This document shows positions 50,944-61,429 of a DNA stretch of 64,000 bases, piece after piece (position 1 is the first letter of the stretch; the number at the start of each line of letters is the position of its first letter). Source of the DNA: Saprospiraceae bacterium UBA2329 (GTDB taxonomy: Bacteria; Bacteroidota; Bacteroidia; Chitinophagales; Saprospiraceae); contig DDUV01000057.1 of the NCBI GenBank assembly GCA_002344975.1, positions 1 through 64,000 of the forward strand. The letters are read 5' to 3'. The notes beneath the pieces are model-generated. The model ran no database searches and was not told the origin of the DNA. It was given only the letters and a program-made list of their open reading frames with translations. The position numbers were made by a program, and so were the translations under genes.

Positions 50944-52143
50944 ATGCCCTTTTCGATTTCGTTCCATCATCATCGTCTGCTGTACCCGGTGCTATTCAGC
51001 GTGGTCGCTTTGTTCGCCTCTTCGTGCCGGAGTGATTCGGCTGCCGGCAGTGATGCTGAAAACACAACCCCGACCATTCCCACCGAGGAAGACTACGGCC
51101 CCTCGCGGGAAAAATGGGGTTTTATGGATCGCAACGGGCGCCTGTCCATCAAGGGCAATTACGACGAGGTGCGCGGTTTTGTGCAGGGCCGTGCCGCTGT
51201 GCGCAAAAAAGGGCGCTGGGGCTACATTGATAACCGCGCCCGGTGGATTGCAGAGCCTCAGTTTCGGGCGGCCTGGTCGTTTTCGGAAGGGCTGGCCCGC
51301 GTGACGACTTTTGAAGACAAAGCCGGATTTATTGATACAAACGGGGACTGGGCCATACAGCCGACTTATGCCGATGCCGGAGATTTTCGTTTCGGACGTG
51401 CGCGCGCTATGGACGGCGACCGCTACGGATATATTGATACACAAGGCCGTTGGGTCATTCCGGCCCGGTACGAGGAGGCTGCGCCGGCTTTCAAAAACGG
51501 CTATGCAAAAGTGGGGCTGAGCGAGTTGTACGGCCTCATTGACACCAATGGAACGCTGGTGCTGCCTTTGGTTTTCGACCAGGTTTTTCCTTTTTCGCCG
51601 GAGGGCCTGGCCCGCGCTAAAAAAGACGAAGCCTACCGGTTTTATCTCCTGAACGGGAAGCCTGCATTTGATGCAAAGTTTTTGTTTGCCGGAGATTTTG
51701 AGGAAGGCCTGGCGCCGGCGCAGAACGAAGCAGGCTTCGGACTCATAGATACCAAAGGAAAATGGCAGGTGCAGCCGGGCTTCGACAGAATATGGTATGC
51801 CGGCGAGGGGCGTTGGGGCGTGGAGCAGGACGGTCTTTTCGGCATTATTGACGGGGAGGGCAATGAAATCGTTGCGCCGCAATTTCCTCAGTTGTACGGC
51901 TTTACCGAGGGCCTGGCCCCATACCAATGGAATGAATTGTGGGGGTATTTAGACCGCGAGGGCCGCATCGTCACAGAGCCGATTTTCGGACTGGCCTGGG
52001 GTTTCAACGAAGGTCTGGCGCGGGTGGCTGTTTACGGGGGCATCGCTTTCATCAATAGCGAGGGCTTCCAAACGCTGCCGGCAAAATACATAGACGCCCG
52101 CGATTTTTCAGAAGGTCTGGCGCCGGTGCAGGTGCGAAGATAG
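50944..52143 (+). CDS. WG-repeat (KWG) containing lipoprotein
   Basis: At least 10 copies of the …(K/R)WGYID.NG….P.F… motif (WGFMDRNGR, WGYIDNRARW, YGYIDTQGRW, WGYLDREGR…). Lipobox at the N-terminus (start placed at the internal ATG). Confidence 0.7.
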   Translation: MPFSISFHHHRLLYPVLFSVVALFASSCRSDSAAGSDAENTTPTIPTEEDYGPSREKWGFMDRNGRLSIKGNYDEVRGFVQGRAAVRKKGRWGYIDNRARWIAEPQFRAAWSFSEGLARVTTFEDKAGFIDTNGDWAIQPTYADAGDFRFGRARAMDGDRYGYIDTQGRWVIPARYEEAAPAFKNGYAKVGLSELYGLIDTNGTLVLPLVFDQVFPFSPEGLARAKKDEAYRFYLLNGKPAFDAKFLFAGDFEEGLAPAQNEAGFGLIDTKGKWQVQPGFDRIWYAGEGRWGVEQDGLFGIIDGEGNEIVAPQFPQLYGFTEGLAPYQWNELWGYLDREGRIVTEPIFGLAWGFNEGLARVAVYGGIAFINSEGFQTLPAKYIDARDFSEGLAPVQVRR

Positions 52144-52413
52144 TGGAAATGGGCAGGGTGGGGTTAGCGACTGTGATTCTCATTCCAGTCGAGTTTGGTT
52201 ATTTTACCCCGACTTACAATCATCACCGAAACCTCCCTGTCCAAGGCTGTACCATAAAAATCAAAATATGAAAGCATCAATATATACAACCCTCGTAAAG
52301 TCATAGCCGGTAATGTGTGGTTTGCTGTCTTAGATTAGCCGGAAATAGAATAATTGCCCACTTCATGGTTTTATCTGGTATGCTATTCCTGTTCGGGCGA
52401 TCTTTTAGCGCTA

Positions 52414-53994
52414 CTATTCGGCTGTTTTTATTTCGTAATGCGTTTGACCGGTATAGCGCTTGCCAAACATGTCAACGGCCTCCACTTCTATGACGTGTTT
52501 ACCCACCGGCAACCTGTTGGGGATATTGGCCCGCCAGAGGTGTCTGCATTTTTCAGGATTGGAGGGGCGTTTCCCGTCCATTAGTTCAGTGGTGGTATCC
52601 CAATCAAACATTTCTAAAAGGTAGGCCGGGTCATATTCTTCCAAATAGTGCATGTTTTGCCAGGTTCCCTCATCTATACGAAAACGCAGGGTGGATTTTT
52701 CATTGCCGATAAAAAAGTTGACATATATCCCCGCCGAAGTTCGCTTATCTTTTTCGATCACTTTGGGGGCAAAAATCTCCATTTGATACGAAGGCTCCTC
52801 ATTGGCGACTTTGTAGCGCAAGGCATAGCTGTTGCCATCGAAATCTATGAAAGCATACCCTTTGGGAGTACCGTCTCGCATGGTAGAAACGGGCACGCCA
52901 TTTTTGTTCAGTTTTCCCTTGTACCAGTCGCCGGAGGTGGTGCCCACATTGTAGTGGTGGTGGGGCTTGGGCTGTTTCCACCCGTCATCCTCATCGAAGA
53001 AGTACTGGCGCTGTAAATGGGTGTGGGCCGACAGCGAAAGCGTGTGCGGAAATTCCTCCAGCAATTCAAAAAGCGCCGTTCTGTCGCTGTCGCGGAATGA
53101 ATCGCCATAGTCTTCATCGAAGAGCGGTATGTGCATGGCCAATACGATCAGGCGATCTTTGGGCACAAAAGCCAGATCGTTTTTGATAAAAGCCAACTGA
53201 TCTTCCCTGAAACCTCCCCAATAACCCGTTCCATCCCGCGGATCAGGGTAGAGAATGTCGTCCAGAACGATAAAATGCACCTTTCCGTAATTGAAGGCGT
53301 AGTGAGATGGGCCAAAATGCGCCTCGAAGGTTTCATCGGCAAGTTCGTCTCGTGTTACATCCAGATTCAGATCGTGATTGCCCATGACATTGTACCAGGG
53401 TATGCCCACTTTGGCGACGGCCTCCTGATAGGATTTGAAAAGGCTCAGGTCGTCGCCCACGAGGTCACCCAGCGATATTCCCAAACTGACATTCGCGATC
53501 CCCTCGACTTCATGGACTATTCCTTTTTCAAAAAAGGCCATTTCCATCAAATTGTAGGGCTGAGGATCGCCAAACACCAGAGCCGTAAAAGTAGCTTCCA
53601 CTTTGGCCGGCAGCAAAGCAAAGTTGATTTCTTCGGGCAGTTCGCCGGTAGGGGCCACGCCTTTGTATTTCAATTCAGGGGCGCCCACCGGTTTGTGAAT
53701 GTGATAAAACTGCGGCAGGTGGAGTACGTTTTTGGGCAAGTCATAATCGGCAGGTTTAATCACCGCCAGTATCTGATCTGCTTGAAGGGGCAGGGTATAG
53801 CGCCCCAAAGCATCCGTCTGAACCACATCCACGCCATTGGTAACCGATACCCCGGCAATGCCTTTTTCCCGCTTGTCTTTCTTGTTGTTAACATTGAGGT
53901 CTTCATAGACATATCCTGATATGGTCTGTTGTGCGAGGCAGGTCAGCCCGCTGAACAACATGGCTATGAACAGTATCGTGGTTTTCATACGCAT
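52414..53994 (-). CDS. Calcineurin-like metallophosphoesterase with N-terminal SdrD-B/Cna-B-like domain
   Basis: Signal peptide; SGYVYEDLNVNNKKDKREKGIAGVSVTNG (Cna-B-like); phosphoesterase motifs GDLVGDD, GNHDL, …SAHTHLQ. Confidence 0.7.
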   Translation of the reverse strand: MRMKTTILFIAMLFSGLTCLAQQTISGYVYEDLNVNNKKDKREKGIAGVSVTNGVDVVQTDALGRYTLPLQADQILAVIKPADYDLPKNVLHLPQFYHIHKPVGAPELKYKGVAPTGELPEEINFALLPAKVEATFTALVFGDPQPYNLMEMAFFEKGIVHEVEGIANVSLGISLGDLVGDDLSLFKSYQEAVAKVGIPWYNVMGNHDLNLDVTRDELADETFEAHFGPSHYAFNYGKVHFIVLDDILYPDPRDGTGYWGGFREDQLAFIKNDLAFVPKDRLIVLAMHIPLFDEDYGDSFRDSDRTALFELLEEFPHTLSLSAHTHLQRQYFFDEDDGWKQPKPHHHYNVGTTSGDWYKGKLNKNGVPVSTMRDGTPKGYAFIDFDGNSYALRYKVANEEPSYQMEIFAPKVIEKDKRTSAGIYVNFFIGNEKSTLRFRIDEGTWQNMHYLEEYDPAYLLEMFDWDTTTELMDGKRPSNPEKCRHLWRANIPNRLPVGKHVIEVEAVDMFGKRYTGQTHYEIKTAE

Positions 53995-54147
53995 TGGTTT
54001 TCAATTGAATCGTAAAAATAAGGTTGATCTTCATCATACAGATTAAACTTGCCTTAATTTTTCGTGATTTTCGCGTGGCGGACGAATGGTCGTGCATACC
54101 GCCCGCCGCTCGTTGCGAAATCCATCCTGAAACCCTACCTTTGCGGC

Positions 54148-55038
54148 ATGTTTCAACTCACAGGTCTTCCGCCGTTTTCGGATTACGAACTCGCCGACTC
54201 CGGCAACTTCAGAAAATTGGAGCGATTCGGAGCGTACTACCTTTCCCGGCCCGAACCACAGGCCATCTGGAAACCGGCCCTGTCGGACGCAGAATGGCAA
54301 GGCCTGGCGCACGCCACGTTTGAGCGGCGCGGCGGCAAAGGCAACGATTCCGGCGACGAGGGCAACTGGCAACTGCGCTCCGGCATGCCCGAACAATGGC
54401 ATATTTCGTACCGGCACGAGGCGCTCCAACTCAAGCTGCGGCTGGGGCTGACCTCCTTCAAGCACGTTGGCGTGTTCCCGGAACAAGCCGATAACTGGAA
54501 CTATATTTACGATGCGGTTTCCGGCATGTCGCCGGCGCCGGCGGTGCTCAATCTTTTTGCTTACACAGGCGCCGCTTCTTTGGCTGCCCGGGCTGCCGGC
54601 GCAGAGGTCGTGCATGTGGATGCAGTGAAACCCGTCATCACCTGGGCACGGCAAAACATGGAGGCCTCCGGTTTGGACAATATCCGCTGGGTGGTGGAAG
54701 ACGCGCTCAAGTTTGCCCAACGCGAAGACCGTCGCGGACGCCGCTATCAGGGCATCATCCTCGATCCGCCGGCTTACGGGCGCGGCCCCGACGGTGAGAA
54801 ATGGCTGTTGGAGAAGCATTTGGGGGAACTGTTGGAGATTTGCTGCCGCCTGTTGGACCCCGAACAGCACTTTTTTGTCATCAACCTGTACTCGATGGGT
54901 TTCTCTGCTTTGGTATTGGAAAACTTGGTGCGCAGCTATTTTCCACAGGCGCGCCAATACGAATTCGGCGAACTGTTCATTCCTTCCACTGCCGGGCCGA
55001 GGCTGCCTTTGGGGGTGTTTTTGAGGTTTCGGAGGTAG
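54148..55038 (+). CDS. Class I SAM-dependent (RlmI/RlmK-like) RNA methyltransferase
   Basis: …VLNLFAYTGAASLAARAAGAEVVHVDAVKPVITWARQNMEASGL… (motif I/II) and DPPAYGRGP (motif IV). Confidence 0.55.
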   Translation: MFQLTGLPPFSDYELADSGNFRKLERFGAYYLSRPEPQAIWKPALSDAEWQGLAHATFERRGGKGNDSGDEGNWQLRSGMPEQWHISYRHEALQLKLRLGLTSFKHVGVFPEQADNWNYIYDAVSGMSPAPAVLNLFAYTGAASLAARAAGAEVVHVDAVKPVITWARQNMEASGLDNIRWVVEDALKFAQREDRRGRRYQGIILDPPAYGRGPDGEKWLLEKHLGELLEICCRLLDPEQHFFVINLYSMGFSALVLENLVRSYFPQARQYEFGELFIPSTAGPRLPLGVFLRFRR

Positions 55039-55073
55039 AAATTTCTGAACTTTGGCCCCGCAAACGACACAAC

Positions 55074-56096
55074 ATGACCTTACAAGAACGACTATCAGCA
55101 CTGAGCGAACTGGGACGCCGGCTGCAACTGCCCGACGACTATCTGGACGCTGTGATTCACCGCACGGCTTTCAATAACGGCTGGTTTACGCCTGAAAATC
55201 AGCGCAAAGCGATACAGGCCATCGCCACGCGTATGCTGGATGCGGACAAGTTGCACGCTTGGGCAGGCCGCTATTTTTTGCCCGATGCGCCCGCCCTCAA
55301 AACGGTGGGCTTGGTCATGGCTGGCAATATCCCTCTCGTGGGCTGGCACGATGTGCAGTGCGTGTTTACTGCGGGGCACCGCGCACAGATCAAGCTGTCG
55401 GACAAAGATCAGTACCTGCTGCCTTGCCTGCTGAGGATGTTGGAACAGATAGATGCCCGCACGGCAGCTTACTTTGAGATGGTGCATCAGTTGCGGGATT
55501 TCGACGCCGTCATCGCTACGGGCAGCAACAACACCTCGCGCTATTTCGAGTCTTATTTCGCGCATGTGCCCCACATCATTCGGCGCAACCGGAATGCCGT
55601 TGCCGTTCTCGACGGTTCGGAATCGGCAGAAGCATTGGCGGCCCTCGGCGACGATGTTTTTCGGTTTTTCGGGCTGGGCTGCCGAAATGTTTCCAAAATA
55701 TATGTGCCTCAGGATTATGACTTTATGCCCTTGCTGAATGCGCTGCATGAATACCGGGAAATCGTTTTGCACGATAAATACAAAAATAATTTCGACTACA
55801 ATTTTGCGCTCTACACCCTCAATAAAACGCCCTTTTACATGGCCGGCAGCGTTATGCTCACCGAAAATGCGGGCTTCAGTTCGCGCATAGCGGCTCTGCA
55901 CTACGAGCGCTATGACAAGGTAGCGGCATTAGAGCAACAATTGTCTGCGCACCGGGACGCCATTCAGTGCGTGATCGGACGCCCCGGTTTATTGGCTCAT
56001 ACAGAGGTGATTGCCTTCGGGCGTGCGCAGGAACCGGAACTCTGGGACTATGCCGACGGCGTGGATACGATGCAGTTTTTGTTGTTGCTGGGGTGA
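55074..56096 (+). CDS. Acyl-CoA reductase (LuxC-like) family protein
   Basis: Begins MTLQERLSALSELGRRLQ… and has the typical about 340-aa length. Start placed at the internal ATG; the track ORF extends upstream and overlaps the previous gene. Confidence 0.5.
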   Translation: MTLQERLSALSELGRRLQLPDDYLDAVIHRTAFNNGWFTPENQRKAIQAIATRMLDADKLHAWAGRYFLPDAPALKTVGLVMAGNIPLVGWHDVQCVFTAGHRAQIKLSDKDQYLLPCLLRMLEQIDARTAAYFEMVHQLRDFDAVIATGSNNTSRYFESYFAHVPHIIRRNRNAVAVLDGSESAEALAALGDDVFRFFGLGCRNVSKIYVPQDYDFMPLLNALHEYREIVLHDKYKNNFDYNFALYTLNKTPFYMAGSVMLTENAGFSSRIAALHYERYDKVAALEQQLSAHRDAIQCVIGRPGLLAHTEVIAFGRAQEPELWDYADGVDTMQFLLLLG

Positions 56097-56170
56097 GGAA
56101 TCTTTTCCCTCCTTTGCGCTGTTATGTAATCTGAAAAAAGCAGCCCCTTTTGCATTACGAACCAACCAAC

Positions 56171-56665
56171 ATGAGTCAAACAACCGTAACTTTTGCGCAA
56201 TTCTTAGCCAAATTTCCCGAAATCGAATTGCCTGTCGTGCTCAACGACGAAGCGCACCACACCTTCAGCACCGAAAACAGCCCGTTGGCCGAGGCCATGA
56301 TCGCGCAGTACATCCTGCCCGCTGAACCGGAAGAAGCTGACGAAATGACCGAGTTTGTACCTTGCTTCAAACTGCCCAAAACAGAAGGATTTCATGCCGT
56401 CGTTTACTGGCGGGCCGGCCTGATGAACTACCAGTATGTGCTGGTCACCTTTGCTAAAAAAGGCCAACTGATAGACCGCCGGGTAATAGCCGGAACTTTT
56501 GTGAACGGCCAAATGATTACGCAGTCAGTAGCCACCATCAATGAAGAAAACGAAATTTTTGTGGCCTCCGGGCAGTCCGATGCTCAAGACGAAACCTACG
56601 ACCCCGCGTCCAGTACCGCTTATGAATTGGAATTGCTGCCCGACGGCCTGATTGTCAATAATTAA
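56171..56665 (+). CDS. Hypothetical protein
   Basis: 165-aa ORF (ATG start; the track ORF begins at an upstream TTG), ending directly before rnr. Confidence 0.4.
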   Translation: MSQTTVTFAQFLAKFPEIELPVVLNDEAHHTFSTENSPLAEAMIAQYILPAEPEEADEMTEFVPCFKLPKTEGFHAVVYWRAGLMNYQYVLVTFAKKGQLIDRRVIAGTFVNGQMITQSVATINEENEIFVASGQSDAQDETYDPASSTAYELELLPDGLIVNN

Positions 56666-58867
56666 ATGTATTCACACAACTTACCCATGACCAAACAACG
56701 CAAACCGCGCGAAAAACCTGCCGGACGAGGCAAAACCTCACAGGGCAGAAAACTCAGCGCAGCCCAACTACAACAAGCTGTTTTACAACTGTTTCAGAAC
56801 AATCCTAAAAAGCGATTCAACCCTAAACAAGTCATTCAGCACCTTCGGATAGACAACAACAAAGACTCTGTGCAGCACGCCCTCCACACATTGGTGGAAG
56901 CCCGCCTGCTGGCGCCGCTCGAAGATTTTAAGTTCAAACTGCGGTCTGAAGGACCCCCGACCTCCAAAATCGGCTCTTACGAGGGCTACATTGACATGAC
57001 CCGCACCGGCTCGGCCTACGTCACCTGCGACAAAGTGGAAGAGGACGTTCACGTTGCTGCACGGTACATGAACGGCGCCATGCACGGCGACCGCGTGCGC
57101 CTCAACGTGTGGAAACCCCGCGGCCGCCAACGCCCGGAAGGAGAGGTGCTGGAAGTACTCGAACGCGCCTCCACCCATTTTGTGGGCACCATCTGGCTGC
57201 ACCATCGCTATGCTGTGGTATCGCCCGAAATGAAGGTGCCGCTCGATATTTATGTGGAACTCGCCAACACCAAAGGCGCCAAAGACGGCGATAAAGTGGT
57301 GGTAAAAATAACGAAGTACGACACCGGCCGCTTCACCACGATGGAAGGCGTAGTGACCACCGTACTCGGCCAGGCAGGCAGCCACGATATTGAAATGCAG
57401 GCCATCCTCATCAACAATGGTTTTGATCTGGAATTTTCGGAAACCGCCCTCGAAGAAGCCGCCGGCATTTCAGAAAGCATTGAAACAGAAGAAATTGCCC
57501 GCCGCCGGGACATGCGCGACACCTTCACCATCACCATTGACCCCTTCAACGCCAAAGACTTTGACGATGCACTCTCGCTGCGCTACTTAGACGACGGCCT
57601 CTGCGAAGTGGGCGTGCATATTGCCGATGTGACGCACTACCTCAAGCCCGACGGCGCCTTGGATAAAGACGCCTACCGCCGTTCTACCTCGGTGTATTTG
57701 GTGGATCGCGTGCTGCCCATGCTGCCCGAAAAGCTCTCCAACGAACTGTGCTCGCTGCGGCCCAACGAAGACAAACTCACGTTTTCGGCCGTTTTTGTAT
57801 TTGATAAAAACAGCAAAATCATAGAGCGCTGGTTTGGCAAAACCGTCATTCATTCCGATCGCCGCTTCACTTATGAAGAAGTGCAGGAAATTTTGGATGC
57901 AGGCCAGGGCGAGCATGTAAAGGAGTTGAAACACCTGAACAAAATAGCCGAAAAGCTGCGCAAAGACCGCTTCAAAAAGGGTTCCATCAATTTTGAAACC
58001 CCGGAGGTACAGTTCCGCCTGGCCCCCGACGGCACGCCCATCGAAGCCTTTGTAAAAGAGCGCAAAGACGCACACCTGCTCATAGAAGATTTCATGTTGC
58101 TGGCCAATCGCGAAGTGGCCACGTTCATTCATGAAAAAGGCAAAGGCAGCGAAATCCCCTTCGTGTACCGCATCCACGACGAGCCGAATCCTGAAAAGCT
58201 GGAAGAATTTGCCCGTTTCGCCCGCGAGTTCGGTTTCGATATGGATTTGGGTTCGCCCAAAGGTATTTCCAGTTCGCTCAATCGCTTGGTAGAAGCGGCT
58301 CGTCACGAACCCGCGCTCAAGCTCCTCGAACAGCCCGCTATCCGCACCATGGCCAAAGCCGTGTACTCCACCGGCAACATAGGCCACTACGGGCTGGCAT
58401 TCCAGTATTATTCGCACTTCACCTCGCCCATACGCCGCTACTCCGACGTGCTGGCACACAGGATTTTAGAGCAAAACCTGCTGCCCGATGTCTATTACCG
58501 CGTCAAAAAAGAGAAGCTCGAAGAGCAGTGCAAGCACATCTCCATGCAGGAACGCAAGGCCATGGAGGCCGAGCGGGAATCGGTGAAGTACAAGCAGGCC
58601 GAATACATGGAAAAACACCTGGGGCAGGAGTTCGACGGCGTCATTTCGGGCATGTCGGAGCGGGGCATTTTCGTTACCCTCACCGAAACGCTGTGCGAAG
58701 GCATGGTGAGTTTCGATTCGATGGGCGAGCCGTTCCGCGAACTCAATAGTAAGTTGAGAGTCAAGGGAATGTACTCTGGTCGCGAGCTGAAAACCGGCGA
58801 TGCGATCCGCGTAAAAGTGGTACGTACCGACCTCAGCCGGCGGGTGATAGATATGGAACTGGTATAG
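56666..58867 (+). CDS. rnr: Ribonuclease R (RNB family 3'-5' exoribonuclease with C-terminal S1 domain)
   Basis: Cold-shock/OB N-domains, an RNB catalytic region (…DPFNAKDFDDALSLRYL…HIADVTHY…), a C-terminal S1 (…FDGVISGMSERGIFVTL…), and a basic N-terminal extension. Confidence 0.9.
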   Translation: MYSHNLPMTKQRKPREKPAGRGKTSQGRKLSAAQLQQAVLQLFQNNPKKRFNPKQVIQHLRIDNNKDSVQHALHTLVEARLLAPLEDFKFKLRSEGPPTSKIGSYEGYIDMTRTGSAYVTCDKVEEDVHVAARYMNGAMHGDRVRLNVWKPRGRQRPEGEVLEVLERASTHFVGTIWLHHRYAVVSPEMKVPLDIYVELANTKGAKDGDKVVVKITKYDTGRFTTMEGVVTTVLGQAGSHDIEMQAILINNGFDLEFSETALEEAAGISESIETEEIARRRDMRDTFTITIDPFNAKDFDDALSLRYLDDGLCEVGVHIADVTHYLKPDGALDKDAYRRSTSVYLVDRVLPMLPEKLSNELCSLRPNEDKLTFSAVFVFDKNSKIIERWFGKTVIHSDRRFTYEEVQEILDAGQGEHVKELKHLNKIAEKLRKDRFKKGSINFETPEVQFRLAPDGTPIEAFVKERKDAHLLIEDFMLLANREVATFIHEKGKGSEIPFVYRIHDEPNPEKLEEFARFAREFGFDMDLGSPKGISSSLNRLVEAARHEPALKLLEQPAIRTMAKAVYSTGNIGHYGLAFQYYSHFTSPIRRYSDVLAHRILEQNLLPDVYYRVKKEKLEEQCKHISMQERKAMEAERESVKYKQAEYMEKHLGQEFDGVISGMSERGIFVTLTETLCEGMVSFDSMGEPFRELNSKLRVKGMYSGRELKTGDAIRVKVVRTDLSRRVIDMELV

Positions 58868-58970
58868 GGCAAAAACACTTCCCCGCCAAAATACTACCAT
58901 ACCTCCGCGATATTGTCTATTTTTGCCCATCGTCTGCACCAACAACATCGTGCTTACGACCTTTTAGTAC

Positions 58971-61415
58971 ATGGCGACGAAACCGCGAAATAAAAACCAG
59001 TTGGCGCTCAAACTTGGCGTAAATGACGAGCGCATCCCGAAGCTGTTAGGTGTAATATGCTGGTTTCTGGCATTTTACCTCTTCATAGCCTTCTTTTCCT
59101 ATCTCTTCACCTGGAAGACTGATCAGGACGAAGTGCTCCGTTTTTCATGGAGTTTGCTGACCGCAGACGTGAGTATGTCCAATTGGTTGGGCCGTTTGGG
59201 AGCCATTATTTCCAACATGTTTTTTTATTGGGGACTGGGGCTTCCGTCCTTTGGCTTTGTGTATCTGCTCATGGCCGGCGGCAGGTCTTTGATGAAGCGC
59301 TTGGACGCTTCTGTGTGGATAGATAAACTACGCATCACGTCTGTTTTGATGTTGTTGTTTGCGGTATTTTTAGAGTTTATCTTCGGCAATGCAGCCTTTC
59401 CCTGGGGCGGCGCCATTGGCGAATCCATTGCTACCTGGCTGCAAAATCTGTTGGGAGTGGTAGGTCTCGGCACGCTGTTTCTGCTCGTCATCATCGGCGT
59501 CATCACCTGGGTATTCAATCCCAACTACAACGACATGACCTTCCGCAGCGCGGTGGAGAGCGTGACGGAATACATCCGCGATTTTTTCACCGGCAGGCTC
59601 TACCGGCGTCAAAGGGCAGCCGAACAAGCCGCCGCCAATGCTGCCGCTGAAGAAAAAGCACAGCCACGCCCGCGGCCATTACCGGCCGGGGAAGAAGAAT
59701 CCCAACTCTCGCTCGATCTTGATCAGCGTCTGCGTCCTACCTCCCCCTCGCTTCGTCCGGAAGGCGCCGAGTTGGAAATCCAAACGCCCATAGCGCCTGA
59801 ACCTGAGCCGATTGCCACCAGTGCTGCGCCGCCGCCGATGCAACCATCCGACAACATCGCCGGCATTTCGCAGGAAAATGTTGACCACAGCGAGCCGTAT
59901 GATCCCACGCTGGAGTTGTCTTCGTACGAAAATCCGGTGTTGTCTTTGCTGGAAGATTATTCCGATCAAAAAGTAGAAGTGGACCGCGCCGAATTGGAGG
60001 CCAACAAAGACCAGATCATCGAAACCCTGCTCAATTACAAAATCGAGATCACCAAAATACGCGCCACCATCGGGCCAACAGTCACGCTGTACGAAATTGT
60101 GCCGGCGCCCGGCGTGCGCATCAGTCGCATCAAAAACCTCGAAGACGACATCGCGCTGAGCCTGGCCGCGTTGGGCATCCGCATCATTGCGCCCATCCCC
60201 GGCAAGGGCACCATCGGTATTGAAGTGCCCAACAAAAACAAGCAGGTTGTGTCCATGAAGGAGGTGCTGCAGCACGAAAAATTCCGCCGCGCCAAAATGG
60301 ACCTGCCCATCGCCTTGGGCAAAACCATCTCCAACGAAATCGTAGTGACCGACCTTGCCAAGATGCCTCACCTGCTCATGGCCGGTGCTACGGGGCAGGG
60401 TAAATCGGTGGGTATCAACGCAGTACTCATGTCGCTGTTGTACAAAAAGCACCCTTCGCAGGTCAAGCTCGTACTCATTGACCCCAAAAAAGTGGAGCTT
60501 TCGCCTTACGGCAAACTCGAAAACCACTATTTGGCCATTCTGCCCGGCCAGGAAGAACCCATTGTGACCGAAACCAACAAGGTCATCCATACGCTCAACT
60601 CCCTGTGCATCGAAATGGACACGCGCTACAACCTGCTCAAAAAAGCCGGCGCGCGCAACATCCGCGAGTACAATGAGAAGTTTGTGCAACGCCAGCTCAA
60701 CCCGCAAAAGGGCCACAAATTCATGCCTTTCATCGTGCTGGTGATAGACGAATTTGCCGACCTCATCATGACCGCCGGCAAGGAAGTAGAACTGCCCCTG
60801 GGCCGCCTTGCTCAATTGGCCCGCGCCATCGGCATCCACATCATCATTGCTACACAGCGCCCCTCGGTCAACATCATCACGGGCGTTATCAAGGCCAACT
60901 TCCCGGCCCGCGTCGCGTTCAAAGTATCGGCCAAAGTGGACTCCCGCACCATCCTCGACGCCAGCGGCGCCGACCAGCTCATCGGTCGGGGCGACATGCT
61001 GCTGTCCGTAGGCGGCGACATGATTCGCGTGCAGTGCGCCTTTGTGGACACGCCCGAAGTGGAGCGCGTGGTAGAGTTCATCAATCAGCAGCCGGGCTAT
61101 GCCGAGCCGTACCTCCTGCCCGAATTCCACGGCGAAGAGGGCGAAGGCTTAGCCGGTAGCAACGGCCCCTTGCGCTATTCCGATCTCGACGAAATGTTTG
61201 AAGATGCCGCCCGCCTCATCATCCAAACGCAGCACGGCTCTACCTCCATGATTCAGCGCAGGCTCAAATTGGGTTATAACCGCGCAGGTCGCCTCATGGA
61301 CCAACTCGAATCGGCCGGCATCGTAGGCGCCGCCGACGGCAGCAAGGCCCGCGAGGTGCTCATTTACGACGAGATGGAGTTGAACCGGTTTTTGGAGGAT
61401 TTGAAGAGGCGGTAA
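58971..61415 (+). CDS. ftsK: DNA translocase FtsK/SpoIIIE
   Basis: N-terminal multi-TM region, a Pro/Ala-rich linker, a motor domain with Walker A (AGATGQGKSVGIN) and Walker B (LVLIDEFADL), and a gamma domain with wHTH (…IQRRLKLGYNRAGRLMDQLE…). Confidence 0.9.
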   Translation: MATKPRNKNQLALKLGVNDERIPKLLGVICWFLAFYLFIAFFSYLFTWKTDQDEVLRFSWSLLTADVSMSNWLGRLGAIISNMFFYWGLGLPSFGFVYLLMAGGRSLMKRLDASVWIDKLRITSVLMLLFAVFLEFIFGNAAFPWGGAIGESIATWLQNLLGVVGLGTLFLLVIIGVITWVFNPNYNDMTFRSAVESVTEYIRDFFTGRLYRRQRAAEQAAANAAAEEKAQPRPRPLPAGEEESQLSLDLDQRLRPTSPSLRPEGAELEIQTPIAPEPEPIATSAAPPPMQPSDNIAGISQENVDHSEPYDPTLELSSYENPVLSLLEDYSDQKVEVDRAELEANKDQIIETLLNYKIEITKIRATIGPTVTLYEIVPAPGVRISRIKNLEDDIALSLAALGIRIIAPIPGKGTIGIEVPNKNKQVVSMKEVLQHEKFRRAKMDLPIALGKTISNEIVVTDLAKMPHLLMAGATGQGKSVGINAVLMSLLYKKHPSQVKLVLIDPKKVELSPYGKLENHYLAILPGQEEPIVTETNKVIHTLNSLCIEMDTRYNLLKKAGARNIREYNEKFVQRQLNPQKGHKFMPFIVLVIDEFADLIMTAGKEVELPLGRLAQLARAIGIHIIIATQRPSVNIITGVIKANFPARVAFKVSAKVDSRTILDASGADQLIGRGDMLLSVGGDMIRVQCAFVDTPEVERVVEFINQQPGYAEPYLLPEFHGEEGEGLAGSNGPLRYSDLDEMFEDAARLIIQTQHGSTSMIQRRLKLGYNRAGRLMDQLESAGIVGAADGSKAREVLIYDEMELNRFLEDLKRR

Positions 61416-61429
61416 TAAATAAAATTTTC